The notes under the pieces were generated by a model. That model did no database searches, was not told where the DNA came from, and saw only the letters and a program-made list of their open reading frames with translations. From a virus, in the IMG/VR virus record IMGVR_UViG_3300035034_000851, positions 1 through 64,000 of that record: DNA of 64,000 nt. One strand, 5' to 3'. Below, in pieces: positions 28,856 through 37,859 of this stretch (within the stretch, counting starts at the first letter, position 1; every line of letters begins with the position of its first letter). Position numbers and translations under genes: made by a program.

Positions 28856-29019
28856 AATACTATATATTTTCTTAAAGTAAAACTTAAATCTGCAGTATCT
28901 GTATACCACAATCTAATGCATTTTTTTTCGTCTATGTCTATTCTAGGTTTTAAAACTTCTTCTATAGCCCATATTATTGTTATTGCTAAACATATCATTA
29001 TTATTATCGCTTGTACCAT
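28840..29019 (-). CDS. Small protein with hydrophobic N-terminus (59 aa, not in ORF track)
   Basis: Manual translation MVQAIIIMICLAITIIWAIEEVLKPRID...LWRKN*; fills the operon gap with overlaps. Confidence 0.55.
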   Translation of the reverse strand: MVQAIIIMICLAITIIWAIEEVLKPRIDIDEKKCIRLWYTDTADLSFTLRKYIVLWRKN

Positions 29020-29144
29020 GTGTCTAATTCTATTCTATTTGTTGTTAGAGTTTTATAATGCTCTAATATTTCTATTTGTCTGGGAGTTGGGTTGTTAAAA
29101 ATTACATGCCCATACTTAGGATGTTTTAATTTAATTTCACTCAT
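29004..29144 (-). CDS. Small hypothetical protein (46 aa, not in ORF track)
   Basis: Manual translation MSEIKLKHPKYGHVIFNNPT...WYKR*; overlaps both neighbours. Confidence 0.5.
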   Translation of the reverse strand: MSEIKLKHPKYGHVIFNNPTPRQIEILEHYKTLTTNRIELDTWYKR

Positions 29145-29508
29145 ACTTTATTATTCTAACTTTTAATTTTTTTTCTTTAGCTATATTAATCATATGTTCA
29201 GTACCTTTAGATTTACCATCCCAAAAAGCAATTAAAGAATCAGCATTTTCTGCCATTTTTACATTTCTAAGATAACCTGCACTTTTACCATGAGTATCCC
29301 AATCAGCTCTTATAATTTCTAATTGATGTAAATTCTCTACAGCATACTTTTCACCAAGATGGTCTGCACCATTGGCACCTCCACTAATTATAGTTACAAA
29401 TTTAAATTTTGATAATATTTTATCACATTTTTCTTTTAAAACTGTATAATTATTAAATTTTCTGCTTCCTGCTATTATTACTCTAATTTCCTGTAAGTTC
29501 ATCTTCAA
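29137..29508 (-). CDS. SLOG-family protein (DUF2493/YspA-like)
   Basis: 'RVIIAGSRKF', 'IISGGANGAD', 'AGYLRNVKMA', 'IAFWDGKSKGTEHMI'. Confidence 0.85.
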   Translation of the reverse strand: MKMNLQEIRVIIAGSRKFNNYTVLKEKCDKILSKFKFVTIISGGANGADHLGEKYAVENLHQLEIIRADWDTHGKSAGYLRNVKMAENADSLIAFWDGKSKGTEHMINIAKEKKLKVRIIKYE

Positions 29509-29752
29509 TAGCTAAATTTTTATATTTTTCATACATTTCATCAAAATTCTTTTTATCTTTATCTAAAGCTGATTTAATTAAATGTTTAGCTTGTTCTAAA
29601 TCAAATCCAGGACCTTCTTTTAAATATAAAGATAAAACATAATTTAAATAACTTCTAGAACTTGAATGTTCATGTATAGCTTCAAAAGCAGGTTTTAAAA
29701 ATCTATTATGATATATTTTTTTAATTTCCTGTTGAGCCATGTCCTTTATCAT
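29483..29752 (-). CDS. Hypothetical protein
   Basis: In-operon ORF with overlaps. Confidence 0.5.
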   Translation of the reverse strand: MIKDMAQQEIKKIYHNRFLKPAFEAIHEHSSSRSYLNYVLSLYLKEGPGFDLEQAKHLIKSALDKDKKNFDEMYEKYKNLAIEDELTGN

Positions 29753-30149
29753 CTCTAATAGTTTCAGTTAATTCCTCAACTTCATTAAATTCTATTTGTT
29801 CTATAGGTTCAATTATCATTTGAGCAATTCTTTCACCAGCTTTATAATCTCCCATACCTCTAATTACTGCAAAAGTTACTTTAATTTCACCTCTATAGTC
29901 TGAATCTATTATACCTACACTGTTTCTAAAGAACATTCCAGTGTTTCTAACAGAACTTCTGGGATAAATTTTACCAACATACCCTTTAGGTATTTCAATA
30001 GCTATACCAGTTCCATACTCAATATAACCATATTCTTTTTCTTCTATTGTTTTTTTACTTATAGCAACTAAATCAACTGCAGCAGCTCCTTCTGAAGCAT
30101 AAAAAGGTGTTCTAGCTTTTCTTTGTAATTTTTTATAATTTATTTTCAT
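29721..30149 (-). CDS. dut: Trimeric dUTPase
   Basis: 'AAVDL', 'PRSS', 'GIIDSDYRGEI', 'RIAQ', 'RDDKGHGSTG' motifs I-V. Confidence 0.95.
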   Translation of the reverse strand: MKINYKKLQRKARTPFYASEGAAAVDLVAISKKTIEEKEYGYIEYGTGIAIEIPKGYVGKIYPRSSVRNTGMFFRNSVGIIDSDYRGEIKVTFAVIRGMGDYKAGERIAQMIIEPIEQIEFNEVEELTETIRDDKGHGSTGN

Positions 30150-30368
30150 TTATGTTATATTTTTAAACATTAAATAATTATTCCAAGATTCTTTTTTAAG
30201 CTTTTTAAATGTATTATTACTTATTTCTACATATGCTTTAAAAAAAGAAGGCTTTATTTCACTTCTTATTCTAGCATCTTCTTGTGATTCAGCTTTCACA
30301 AAACCACAAAGAGTACCGCTATCATTAGGACCTCCATCCATCATTTGTAATATTTTATATATTTTCAT
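30150..30368 (-). CDS. Hypothetical protein
   Basis: Abuts neighbours in operon. Confidence 0.5.
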   Translation of the reverse strand: MKIYKILQMMDGGPNDSGTLCGFVKAESQEDARIRSEIKPSFFKAYVEISNNTFKKLKKESWNNYLMFKNIT

Positions 30369-30566
30369 TTAATTAATTAAAGTTTGTTCAATTTCTGCAA
30401 AATATTCATATTCATCATCTTTTTCTATATCTTCATTAAATTTAGCCATCTCTTGTTCAAGTAACTCTGCTTCTTTTAAAGTATATCTAGATGCTATATG
30501 ATAATTATATTTACCTTCTTTATTTCTTTTTTTTAATTTTTTAAAAATTACTATTGAATGTTCCAT
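30369..30566 (-). CDS. Hypothetical protein
   Basis: Abuts neighbours in operon. Confidence 0.5.
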   Translation of the reverse strand: MEHSIVIFKKLKKRNKEGKYNYHIASRYTLKEAELLEQEMAKFNEDIEKDDEYEYFAEIEQTLIN

Positions 30567-30792
30567 TATTTATTTGTGTGTTTTTTTTATTTTTAATTCT
30601 TACATCTTTATCTAATCGTTTTAAATAATTTCTAGCATTACCTTTATCATAAAATCCATAAATAGATTTCCATATATTTCTATTAAGATTAATCATTTTT
30701 TCAATAATATATTGATTTTCTTTAAAAAAAGTGTTAGGATTATCATTATAAATTAATCTCCAATTATTTTTTTGACATATTAAATATTTCAT
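30541..30792 (-). CDS. Hypothetical protein
   Basis: ATGA overlap with upstream gene. Confidence 0.5.
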   Translation of the reverse strand: MKYLICQKNNWRLIYNDNPNTFFKENQYIIEKMINLNRNIWKSIYGFYDKGNARNYLKRLDKDVRIKNKKNTQINNGTFNSNF

Positions 30793-31487
30793 TCATTTGT
30801 ATGTTTTTCGTGGTGATCTATATAAATATTTATTTTAGAATTCATTATAAGTAATAATTCTTCAAAACTAATAGGTCTATATTCACCAAATAATCTGTTA
30901 ATATTGTCAACTCCTACATCCATAGTTTTATGCATACTGTAAAAGTCATTAACTTGTTTTTCTATACCTTGAGATTTAGATTCAGTATCTAATGAAGCAT
31001 GTGAATGCCCATATAGCATCCAACTACCATGATGAGATTTATTCCAAACTCTCATAGCATAGTGATTCAATACAATCTTCTGTGAACCTTTCCAAGGGTC
31101 TCTGTTAGGATTTGTACCTTCTAACGGATACTTTTCAGTAAACTCTAAACCAGGGCTTATACCTTTGTTAAAAAGCTTTAAACTTTCTTCAAAGTTTTTA
31201 GTTATTAAATGATCATGATTACCCAAAATTAAGTGTATGTTATTACACTTAATTTTAGATATGTAGTATTTTAAATCATTAAAATCTCTACCAAAATATA
31301 CATCACCTAAGATATATAATTCATCCTTTATTTTTACATATTCATTAATTTTATCAATAATATGCCTAGACATTTCTAGTTCATCAGCAAAATCTCTTAA
31401 AGATTCTGGATCAGCATGAGACCAATTAGTTTGGTGCTTAACTATGTTTCTTTGATTTAAGTGTAAATCACTTGTGAACCATTTCAT
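30789..31487 (-). CDS. Calcineurin-like metallophosphoesterase (motifs intact)
   Basis: 'SDLH', 'LGDV', 'GNHD', 'HY', 'GHSH', 'DVGVD'. Confidence 0.9.
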   Translation of the reverse strand: MKWFTSDLHLNQRNIVKHQTNWSHADPESLRDFADELEMSRHIIDKINEYVKIKDELYILGDVYFGRDFNDLKYYISKIKCNNIHLILGNHDHLITKNFEESLKLFNKGISPGLEFTEKYPLEGTNPNRDPWKGSQKIVLNHYAMRVWNKSHHGSWMLYGHSHASLDTESKSQGIEKQVNDFYSMHKTMDVGVDNINRLFGEYRPISFEELLLIMNSKINIYIDHHEKHTNE

Positions 31488-31758
31488 CTTCTTTAAATAT
31501 TCTATCTATTTCTTTTTCCCAAATATGTATTTTATCACTATCAGCATACACTCTACTGGTAAAAAATTTCTGTTTTATTTGAGCATAAGTAAAATCTGGA
31601 TTTTCTTTAATCTCTTCTGTAAACTCTTTATCCAAATAATCTATTACTTTTTGATTGTTTAAATCTAATCCACGATGTCTGCCTTCTATATAATTTTTGT
31701 ATTTTTCGTTAAATTCTATTCTATTCATAATATTTTTTATTGAAAATTTTTTCTCCAA
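31468..31758 (-). CDS. Hypothetical phage protein (QIKxKF..LR/SRxY-like family)
   Basis: 'YAQIKQKFFTSRVY' resembles a recurrent small phage protein motif. Confidence 0.5.
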   Translation of the reverse strand: MEKKFSIKNIMNRIEFNEKYKNYIEGRHRGLDLNNQKVIDYLDKEFTEEIKENPDFTYAQIKQKFFTSRVYADSDKIHIWEKEIDRIFKEDEMVHK

Positions 31759-32180
31759 TTTTTATAATCAGGAACACTTAGTATTCCTAAGTTATGAACT
31801 AAATTATTATGTTGTTTTTTTAACATAATTTCTAAACGAATATTTTGTTTTAAACTAACTTCTAACAACACTAAATAATTAATCATGTCTCCTATTTTTT
31901 CATCAACAGTTTCTTCTTTTGGAAGTTTACCTGATTTTGTATCTTCTACAATATCCATTATAGATACTAAATGTTTAGTAGCCATACCCCATAAAGCTTT
32001 TTCTCTTGTTTCTTTATTGGTAATAGAAGCTACATTAAAATTATGTAATCTATCTCCATTCCTAACATACTCTTTAGCTTTTACACCTAAAATATTTTTT
32101 GTTTGTACCAATCTTTCTTCTAATACATTAGTAAAAAATTGTTCAGATACTTTGTGAATATTATTTATTTCTTTGTCCAT
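31737..32180 (-). CDS. DUF1599/Nmad1-like all-helical nucleotide-associated protein
   Basis: 'KAKEY...DRLHNF', 'KHLVSI', 'EKIGDMINYLVLL'. Confidence 0.6.
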   Translation of the reverse strand: MDKEINNIHKVSEQFFTNVLEERLVQTKNILGVKAKEYVRNGDRLHNFNVASITNKETREKALWGMATKHLVSIMDIVEDTKSGKLPKEETVDEKIGDMINYLVLLEVSLKQNIRLEIMLKKQHNNLVHNLGILSVPDYKNWRKNFQ

Positions 32181-32394
32181 ATTGTTTAATTTTAAATTTT
32201 AATTGATTTTTGTATATTTCTAAATCTTTTCCTTTTAAAGAATTGTAATTTAAAGTTAATTGTACTTGTAAATCAGCCATTTCTTTTATAAATTCTTTTT
32301 TTCTAGCTTTTTTATCTCTAGGTTTTGTTTTAAGTTGAATAGCTGCAGCTATTAATTCTGCAGCTTCTTCAACTAATTTATTTCTAATCTTCAT
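32161..32394 (-). CDS. MazG-like NTP pyrophosphohydrolase
   Basis: 'KLVEEAAEL...KEMADL' (EExxE...ExxD). Confidence 0.65.
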   Translation of the reverse strand: MKIRNKLVEEAAELIAAAIQLKTKPRDKKARKKEFIKEMADLQVQLTLNYNSLKGKDLEIYKNQLKFKIKQYGQRNK

Positions 32395-32575
32395 TGTCTC
32401 TAGTTATAACAGATTTGTGTCGAGGTAATGGCAAAGAACTTGGCTTAAAAACTGTTGTCATTAATACACCAAATTTCTTTAAGTCTCTTTCTCTAATATC
32501 TTGCAATATTAAACCTATTAATTTTCCAGATTGATCATAAAAATCATCTATTACTTTTTCTCTTTTATTACTCAT
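32384..32575 (-). CDS. Hypothetical protein
   Basis: In-operon ORF. Confidence 0.45.
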   Translation of the reverse strand: MSNKREKVIDDFYDQSGKLIGLILQDIRERDLKKFGVLMTTVFKPSSLPLPRHKSVITRDNED

Positions 32576-33100
32576 TTAAATTTTTAATATTTTTTCTATT
32601 TTTACAGAATTTTTATCTGTAGAATTTCCAACACTATAGAAATTTAATGTACCATTTTCTTTATTTTTCCAATCTAATAAAGGATAATGAGATAAAACTA
32701 CATTAGGTTTGTCATTAAATTCTATAAAATACATATCAAAAGTTTCATTAAATAAATCTTTAGCTTCTACAGAAAAATCAGTAACATGTTTAGTTAATCC
32801 AAGTCTTTTATCTTCAATAATAACTTTACTAAAAACACTACTTTTATATGTCCAATAATAGTTAAGTAAAATCATATTTTCTCTAATTACTATATCATTA
32901 TTTCCAAATAAAAAATATATATTATTACAATTAATATCTTCTCTAACTTTTCCTATTTTTCTTAATTCCATTTCCCAATTACCCATAAAAAATAAAACAT
33001 CATTTTCTTTATATAATTGATTTAATTCTTTAATAGTAAGTTCTATATTTTGTTTAAAATCAAAAAATCCTATGTTATAATTATTTTCATTAAACTTCAT
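32576..33100 (-). CDS. Degenerate metallophosphoesterase (pseudoenzyme paralog of 30789-31487)
   Basis: Aligns by eye: 'INCNNIYFLFGNND' vs 'IKCNNIHLILGNHD'; 'VVLSHYPLLDWKNKENG' vs 'IVLNHYAMRVWNKSHHG'; DxH, GD and GHxH lost. Confidence 0.7.
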   Translation of the reverse strand: MKFNENNYNIGFFDFKQNIELTIKELNQLYKENDVLFFMGNWEMELRKIGKVREDINCNNIYFLFGNNDIVIRENMILLNYYWTYKSSVFSKVIIEDKRLGLTKHVTDFSVEAKDLFNETFDMYFIEFNDKPNVVLSHYPLLDWKNKENGTLNFYSVGNSTDKNSVKIEKILKI

Positions 33101-34403
33101 CTTCTTTAAAATTTATAAAATATTTTTGTTTTTTTCTTATTGAAGATATTAAATTATAAGTGTTATTTAGATATTTATAAAATATAGGAGAATTATCACC
33201 ATTTTCTATTCTTAATACTAACCCTTTAGTTAAAGATTTTTTATCTAAATTTGACTTTTTTTCTGACAAATTTGACAATATTTTATCTAAAGTAAGAACT
33301 GTTCCATAATTAACTAATTTTATATCTTTATACACTTGTTCATTTTCAAAATTAGTTTTAAAATAAGACAAACCTATTTCAGGGACATGACTTACATTTA
33401 ATTTAGAACATCTTTTTTTAACTTGGCTCCATGATAAATCAATAACTTTTCCATTTTCTAAAGTATTTGTTATTCTATGTATAAATACATCATAAGTACC
33501 AGGTTTGTAACTATAAGTAAAAGGTATGTTATCTCCATAACAATTTTTTAAAGTAGATACAGCTCCTGAACCTAATATATGTTTAAACAAAGATACGTTA
33601 AAATTAGGTACAAAACTATTTTTTTCATTTTTAAAACCAACAGCAGTGTAATATATAGTTTCTCCTTTGTTTAATTTGTATTTAAATAATTTAGATGCAT
33701 CATAGGAAGTTCCAAATTTAGAACTAAACATTAAAAATTTATTACCATAAACAAATTTGTAATCTCGTATTTTATTAGAAAATAAAGTTTTAAGTTTATT
33801 TATAAAATTATCTTTTTGATCAACTTTTAAAAAACCACATCTTCCTGAATATCCTTCAAGCATTTCTGTTATTACAACAGGATTACTATTTGCCAATCCT
33901 TTAAAATCTGAAAACATTGGCTTAATTATAATATCTCTTTTAAATTGTTTATTTAATTTAGTTAAAGGATTATCAAGAGTTGTTTTAAAACTTTCATCTA
34001 TTCCTATTGTAATTGTTATATAATTAAAAGAAAAACCTTTAGTATTATTATTTAAACAACTAATATTTTTTAATAAAATGTAATTTTCTAAAACATTAAA
34101 AGGTAAAAACAAAGCTGAAGTTAATACACCTCGTATTAATTTAGGTTTTACTACGCCAGATTTAGACATAATACCATGTTTCATAATATTTTTATTTAAA
34201 GTATTATCTTTAAATAAGTTTAGTTCTTTTAAAAGCAATGGGTCTAATATAGTTCCTGTAGGAAATAATAACCCTCTAGTATATAATTGAATTTCATTTG
34301 AAACAACAACTACATCATTATTAATTCTAGATACTTTAATATATTTAGAATCAACAATTTCTTTTAAATTAGTTATTTGTACTACTGTAAATTGTCCTAC
34401 CAT
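33090..34403 (-). CDS. RNA ligase-like protein (Rnl2/DRB0094-type with N-terminal OB-like domain), catalytic residues substituted
   Basis: 'GLLFPTG', 'KLIRGVLTSALFLP', 'ITEMLEGYSGR' (motif I K->M), 'KGETIYYTAVG', 'HRIT', 'HVPE', 'KGLVLR', 'FYKYL'. Confidence 0.72.
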   Translation of the reverse strand: MVGQFTVVQITNLKEIVDSKYIKVSRINNDVVVVSNEIQLYTRGLLFPTGTILDPLLLKELNLFKDNTLNKNIMKHGIMSKSGVVKPKLIRGVLTSALFLPFNVLENYILLKNISCLNNNTKGFSFNYITITIGIDESFKTTLDNPLTKLNKQFKRDIIIKPMFSDFKGLANSNPVVITEMLEGYSGRCGFLKVDQKDNFINKLKTLFSNKIRDYKFVYGNKFLMFSSKFGTSYDASKLFKYKLNKGETIYYTAVGFKNEKNSFVPNFNVSLFKHILGSGAVSTLKNCYGDNIPFTYSYKPGTYDVFIHRITNTLENGKVIDLSWSQVKKRCSKLNVSHVPEIGLSYFKTNFENEQVYKDIKLVNYGTVLTLDKILSNLSEKKSNLDKKSLTKGLVLRIENGDNSPIFYKYLNNTYNLISSIRKKQKYFINFKEDEV

Positions 34404-34537
34404 AATTCTTCATCTTTTTCCATTAATCCAACAGCTAAATCTAAATCTTCAATACATTCATAACAACCTATTTCAGGATCTAAAATTTTTGTATTATGTA
34501 TTCCACATTTTCTTGTTATTTTCTCATTTTTTGACAT
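34397..34537 (-). CDS. Small putative Zn-binding protein (46 aa, not in ORF track)
   Basis: MSKNEKITRKCGIHNTKILDPEIGCYECIEDL...W*; CxxH...CxxC; overlaps the ligase-like gene start. Confidence 0.55.
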   Translation of the reverse strand: MSKNEKITRKCGIHNTKILDPEIGCYECIEDLDLAVGLMEKDEELW

Positions 34538-34546
34538 ATTTTTATT

Positions 34547-34573
34547 AAAAAAAGGGAGCTATTAACTCCCTTT
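34547..34573 (-). terminator. Intrinsic terminator after nrdJ
   Basis: AAAGGGAG-TTAATAG-CTCCC followed by T7 on - strand. Confidence 0.8.
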
Positions 34574-34584
34574 GTATTTTTAAA

Positions 34585-37119
34585 TTAACATTTACTTGAT
34601 AAACATTCTAAACATTTTTGACAACCTTCTTCAAATATTAAAGCTTCAGAGCCACAATTTGAACAAGATGCTCCATTTACTTTAGCACCATTCTCAGTAT
34701 ATTTTTTTAATATTCTACTAATAGCTTTACTAAAACCAGTTAAATCTTTTGAATTTCTATCTAATATTGTTTGAATAAACTTTGAAGACATACCATGTCT
34801 AAGAGCACCTGATATTAATCTAGATATAACTTCTTCTTCTTCAGAATTAAGTTCTACAGATGTAAATATACCATTGTCTCCAACAAAATTGTATTCTCCT
34901 CTTTTTATTTTCTTTATTTGTATTTTACTATCTTTAATATTTAAATTAGGAGAGCAAAATATTTCGTAAGGTTTATCTTTATATAAACCAATTATGACTG
35001 TATAAGGAACTCCTTTTACAGTAGTTTTATAAACTTCTCCTTTTAATATTTTAGGTCTTTTAGAAGCATCATGAATATCAAAATTATCTTCAGTTTCTTT
35101 ATTTATGTACTCTAAAACTCCATTTTTAGAAGTATCTCTATATATTGTTACACCTTTTAATTTAGTTTGATACGCAAGTAAATAAATATCTTTTATTTCT
35201 TCTTTAGTAGTATTTTTATGTAAATTTAAAGTTGATGATATAGAGTGTGTTGTATATTTTTGTATAATAGACTGTACAGTAATTCTGTCAGTATACGGAA
35301 TATTATTTGCACAAGAATTAAACCAAGGAGAAGCTTTAAATATTTCTTCTATATCTTGAGAAGAATTTATATCTAATTGATCATTAAATTTTTTACCTAT
35401 ATTTATTAGAGCCCATTCTTTTAATTGAGGGTGTATAACAGGATAATTAACCCATTTAACACCATGTTCATCTATACTATCAAATTTAAGAGATTTATCA
35501 TCTGGATTAATCTTTCTTTTTCTATTATAATAAGGTGAAAATAAAGGCTCTACTCCTGAAGTTATTTGTGCCATTAAAGAAATAGTACCTGTAGGTGCTA
35601 CTGTACTCCAAGACACATTTCTTCTACCATATTTACACATTTGATAAACTAATCTAGGATATTGCTCTAAAAGATTTTGATAAAAAGAATTTAAACCTTC
35701 TACTGGTTCACCATTTTTATCAAATTTATATTCTAAATTTTTATCCCAACCAACAAAAGGTCCTTTAATTTTAGCTAGTTCTATAGTAGCTTCTAATTCT
35801 CCTTGTAATTTTTGAGAAAAAACTTCATCAATTATTGAAAAAGATTCTTTACTTCCATAAGTTACTCCAACAGCAGCTAACATATCTCCTAATCCTGTGA
35901 TACCACTTCCAGTTCTTCTACCAGATTTAGTTACATTAAGTATATTTTTCCATAAATTTAATTCAGTAGCTTTAACTTCATCAGATTCTGGATCATTTTT
36001 TATTTTATTGAGTATTTTTTCAATAGATTTTATTTCTAAATCTACAATAGTATCATTTATTATTTGTACTCTTCTAGAAATATAATGTATTTTGTCATAA
36101 TCAATGTATGCACGATCTGTATAAGGATTTGTTACTGCTTTTAATAAATTTTGAGCTATTAATCTGCAAGCATCATAAGCTTGCATAAAAATTTCACCAC
36201 AAGGATTTGTAGTTACTCCTTTATATTGAGGATAAACACTATCTGGAGAATAATCATGATGTATATCTTCAAATAATTGTCCAGGATCTGCACATGTCCA
36301 AGCTGATTCAGCTACAGCATCATATATTTCATTAGCTTTTACTTTTTTAGTAAAAACACCATTTTCATGCTTTACAATTTCATTGTATTTAGCTTCATTA
36401 GCTTTTAAACCTTCAATAGATGCATCAAAAGGAAATCTTAAAATATGATCACCTCCATTTAAAACTGCATCCATAAATTCATTAGAAAATTTTACAGATA
36501 TATTAGCTCCAGACACAGAAACATTGTCTATTTTTTTATTTATAAACTCTAAAACATCAAGATGATTACAATGAATTGATAACATCAATGCACCTCTTCT
36601 ACCTTTTTGAGCTACTTCATTTGTAGAATTAGAAAATCTATTCATAAAACTTGTAGCTCCTGTTGAACTTTTAGCTGAATTACTAGTTAAAGATCCATCG
36701 AATCTTAGAGTTGATATATCTAAACCAACTCCACCTCTTCTTTTCATCAATTGAACTAATTGTTCATCTTTTTGCATAATACCTCCATAAGAATCTTCTG
36801 GTTGTCCTATTACAAAACAATTTGATAAAGATCCTATTTTGTCAGTACCTAAATTAGATAAAATAGAACCTTGAGGTAATATTTTTAAACTATTAAAATA
36901 CCCAAATAATTCATCAAACCAATCTCTTCTAGTAAAAACTCTACTTTTTCTAGCATCTGGAGCTAACATTATCATACTTTCTATGTATTCTGGAAGTATA
37001 GCATCTGTTATTCTTGTAAACATATCTTCTAATGAATCTTCACCTTTGTCTAAATACTTACTTCTAATAGCGTCTGCAGCTAAAGTGTCTCCATTAAATC
37101 TTTTTAATAATTTATCCAT
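34585..37119 (-). CDS. nrdJ: Class II (adenosylcobalamin-dependent) ribonucleotide reductase
   Basis: 'SLSNCFV', 'TNPCGEI', 'APTGTIS', C-terminal TSCPD-like region and CxxC...CxxC..SKC; no beta subunit gene in window. Confidence 0.9.
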   Translation of the reverse strand: MDKLLKRFNGDTLAADAIRSKYLDKGEDSLEDMFTRITDAILPEYIESMIMLAPDARKSRVFTRRDWFDELFGYFNSLKILPQGSILSNLGTDKIGSLSNCFVIGQPEDSYGGIMQKDEQLVQLMKRRGGVGLDISTLRFDGSLTSNSAKSSTGATSFMNRFSNSTNEVAQKGRRGALMLSIHCNHLDVLEFINKKIDNVSVSGANISVKFSNEFMDAVLNGGDHILRFPFDASIEGLKANEAKYNEIVKHENGVFTKKVKANEIYDAVAESAWTCADPGQLFEDIHHDYSPDSVYPQYKGVTTNPCGEIFMQAYDACRLIAQNLLKAVTNPYTDRAYIDYDKIHYISRRVQIINDTIVDLEIKSIEKILNKIKNDPESDEVKATELNLWKNILNVTKSGRRTGSGITGLGDMLAAVGVTYGSKESFSIIDEVFSQKLQGELEATIELAKIKGPFVGWDKNLEYKFDKNGEPVEGLNSFYQNLLEQYPRLVYQMCKYGRRNVSWSTVAPTGTISLMAQITSGVEPLFSPYYNRKRKINPDDKSLKFDSIDEHGVKWVNYPVIHPQLKEWALINIGKKFNDQLDINSSQDIEEIFKASPWFNSCANNIPYTDRITVQSIIQKYTTHSISSTLNLHKNTTKEEIKDIYLLAYQTKLKGVTIYRDTSKNGVLEYINKETEDNFDIHDASKRPKILKGEVYKTTVKGVPYTVIIGLYKDKPYEIFCSPNLNIKDSKIQIKKIKRGEYNFVGDNGIFTSVELNSEEEEVISRLISGALRHGMSSKFIQTILDRNSKDLTGFSKAISRILKKYTENGAKVNGASCSNCGSEALIFEEGCQKCLECLSSKC

Positions 37120-37229
37120 ATGTATATTCTGTTATTTTTTTTACTTTTTCGCCTAATACTGAATAATTAGGATTATTTTTTACTAAATATTTAATTATTG
37201 AGCTAAACCTTGATTTAGCTCTATTTTTA

Positions 37230-37859
37230 TTACTCTCTGTCATTATCGTTATAAAATCTTAATGTTTCTTTTTCAAAATCAATCTTACTTAGTAATTCTT
37301 TGTTTTTATATTCGTTTATAAAATCTAATTTATACTTTTCACCCATAGTTTTTTTAGCAAACATATTTTTTTCAACTATTCCAATTGTTAATTTGTTTAC
37401 ATATAACTCTTTTAATTTATCACTTATTTTACTATATTGACTATCTACAAAATTTCTATAGTCTTGTTTATATTCTTCACTAATTTTAAATACATGTACA
37501 ATTAAATTACCTCCTCCGTCTAAATCATAATAATCTATCCAAGATTTGATGTCTTTAAATACACCTTCTACTTCTAAAAAATTAAAATTATAATCTTTAG
37601 GTGCAAATAGCATATATAAATAATAATCTTTTTTATTGTACCATTTAAAATCTTGTCCTTCAATACCAAAATCATCTATATATGAATTAATAAATCCATA
37701 CTTTTTTAAAAAATCTAATTTTAAAGCTTTACCTGATGAACTATTTAATAACACAGTAGGTGTTAAAAAATGTGTAGTACTGTTAGTAATCTTACTTATT
37801 CCAAGCTTTTTACATAAGTTGGACAATATCTCCTCCTTCGATGTGTTCTTTTGTGTCAT
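37230..37859 (-). CDS. Hypothetical protein (replication region)
   Basis: 209-aa ORF coupled to the nuclease gene. Confidence 0.6.
   Translation of the reverse strand: MTQKNTSKEEILSNLCKKLGISKITNSTTHFLTPTVLLNSSSGKALKLDFLKKYGFINSYIDDFGIEGQDFKWYNKKDYYLYMLFAPKDYNFNFLEVEGVFKDIKSWIDYYDLDGGGNLIVHVFKISEEYKQDYRNFVDSQYSKISDKLKELYVNKLTIGIVEKNMFAKKTMGEKYKLDFINEYKNKELLSKIDFEKETLRFYNDNDRE

Noticed and set aside
28856-29144. Frameshifted IF3 N-terminal domain upstream of IF3-C
   Set aside because: The translations I made show two unrelated small ORFs and no IF3-N-like sequence
37200-37221. GAGCTAAA/TTTAGCTC hairpin as terminator before nrdJ
   Set aside because: The U-tract is on the + strand while local genes are on the - strand; role unclear
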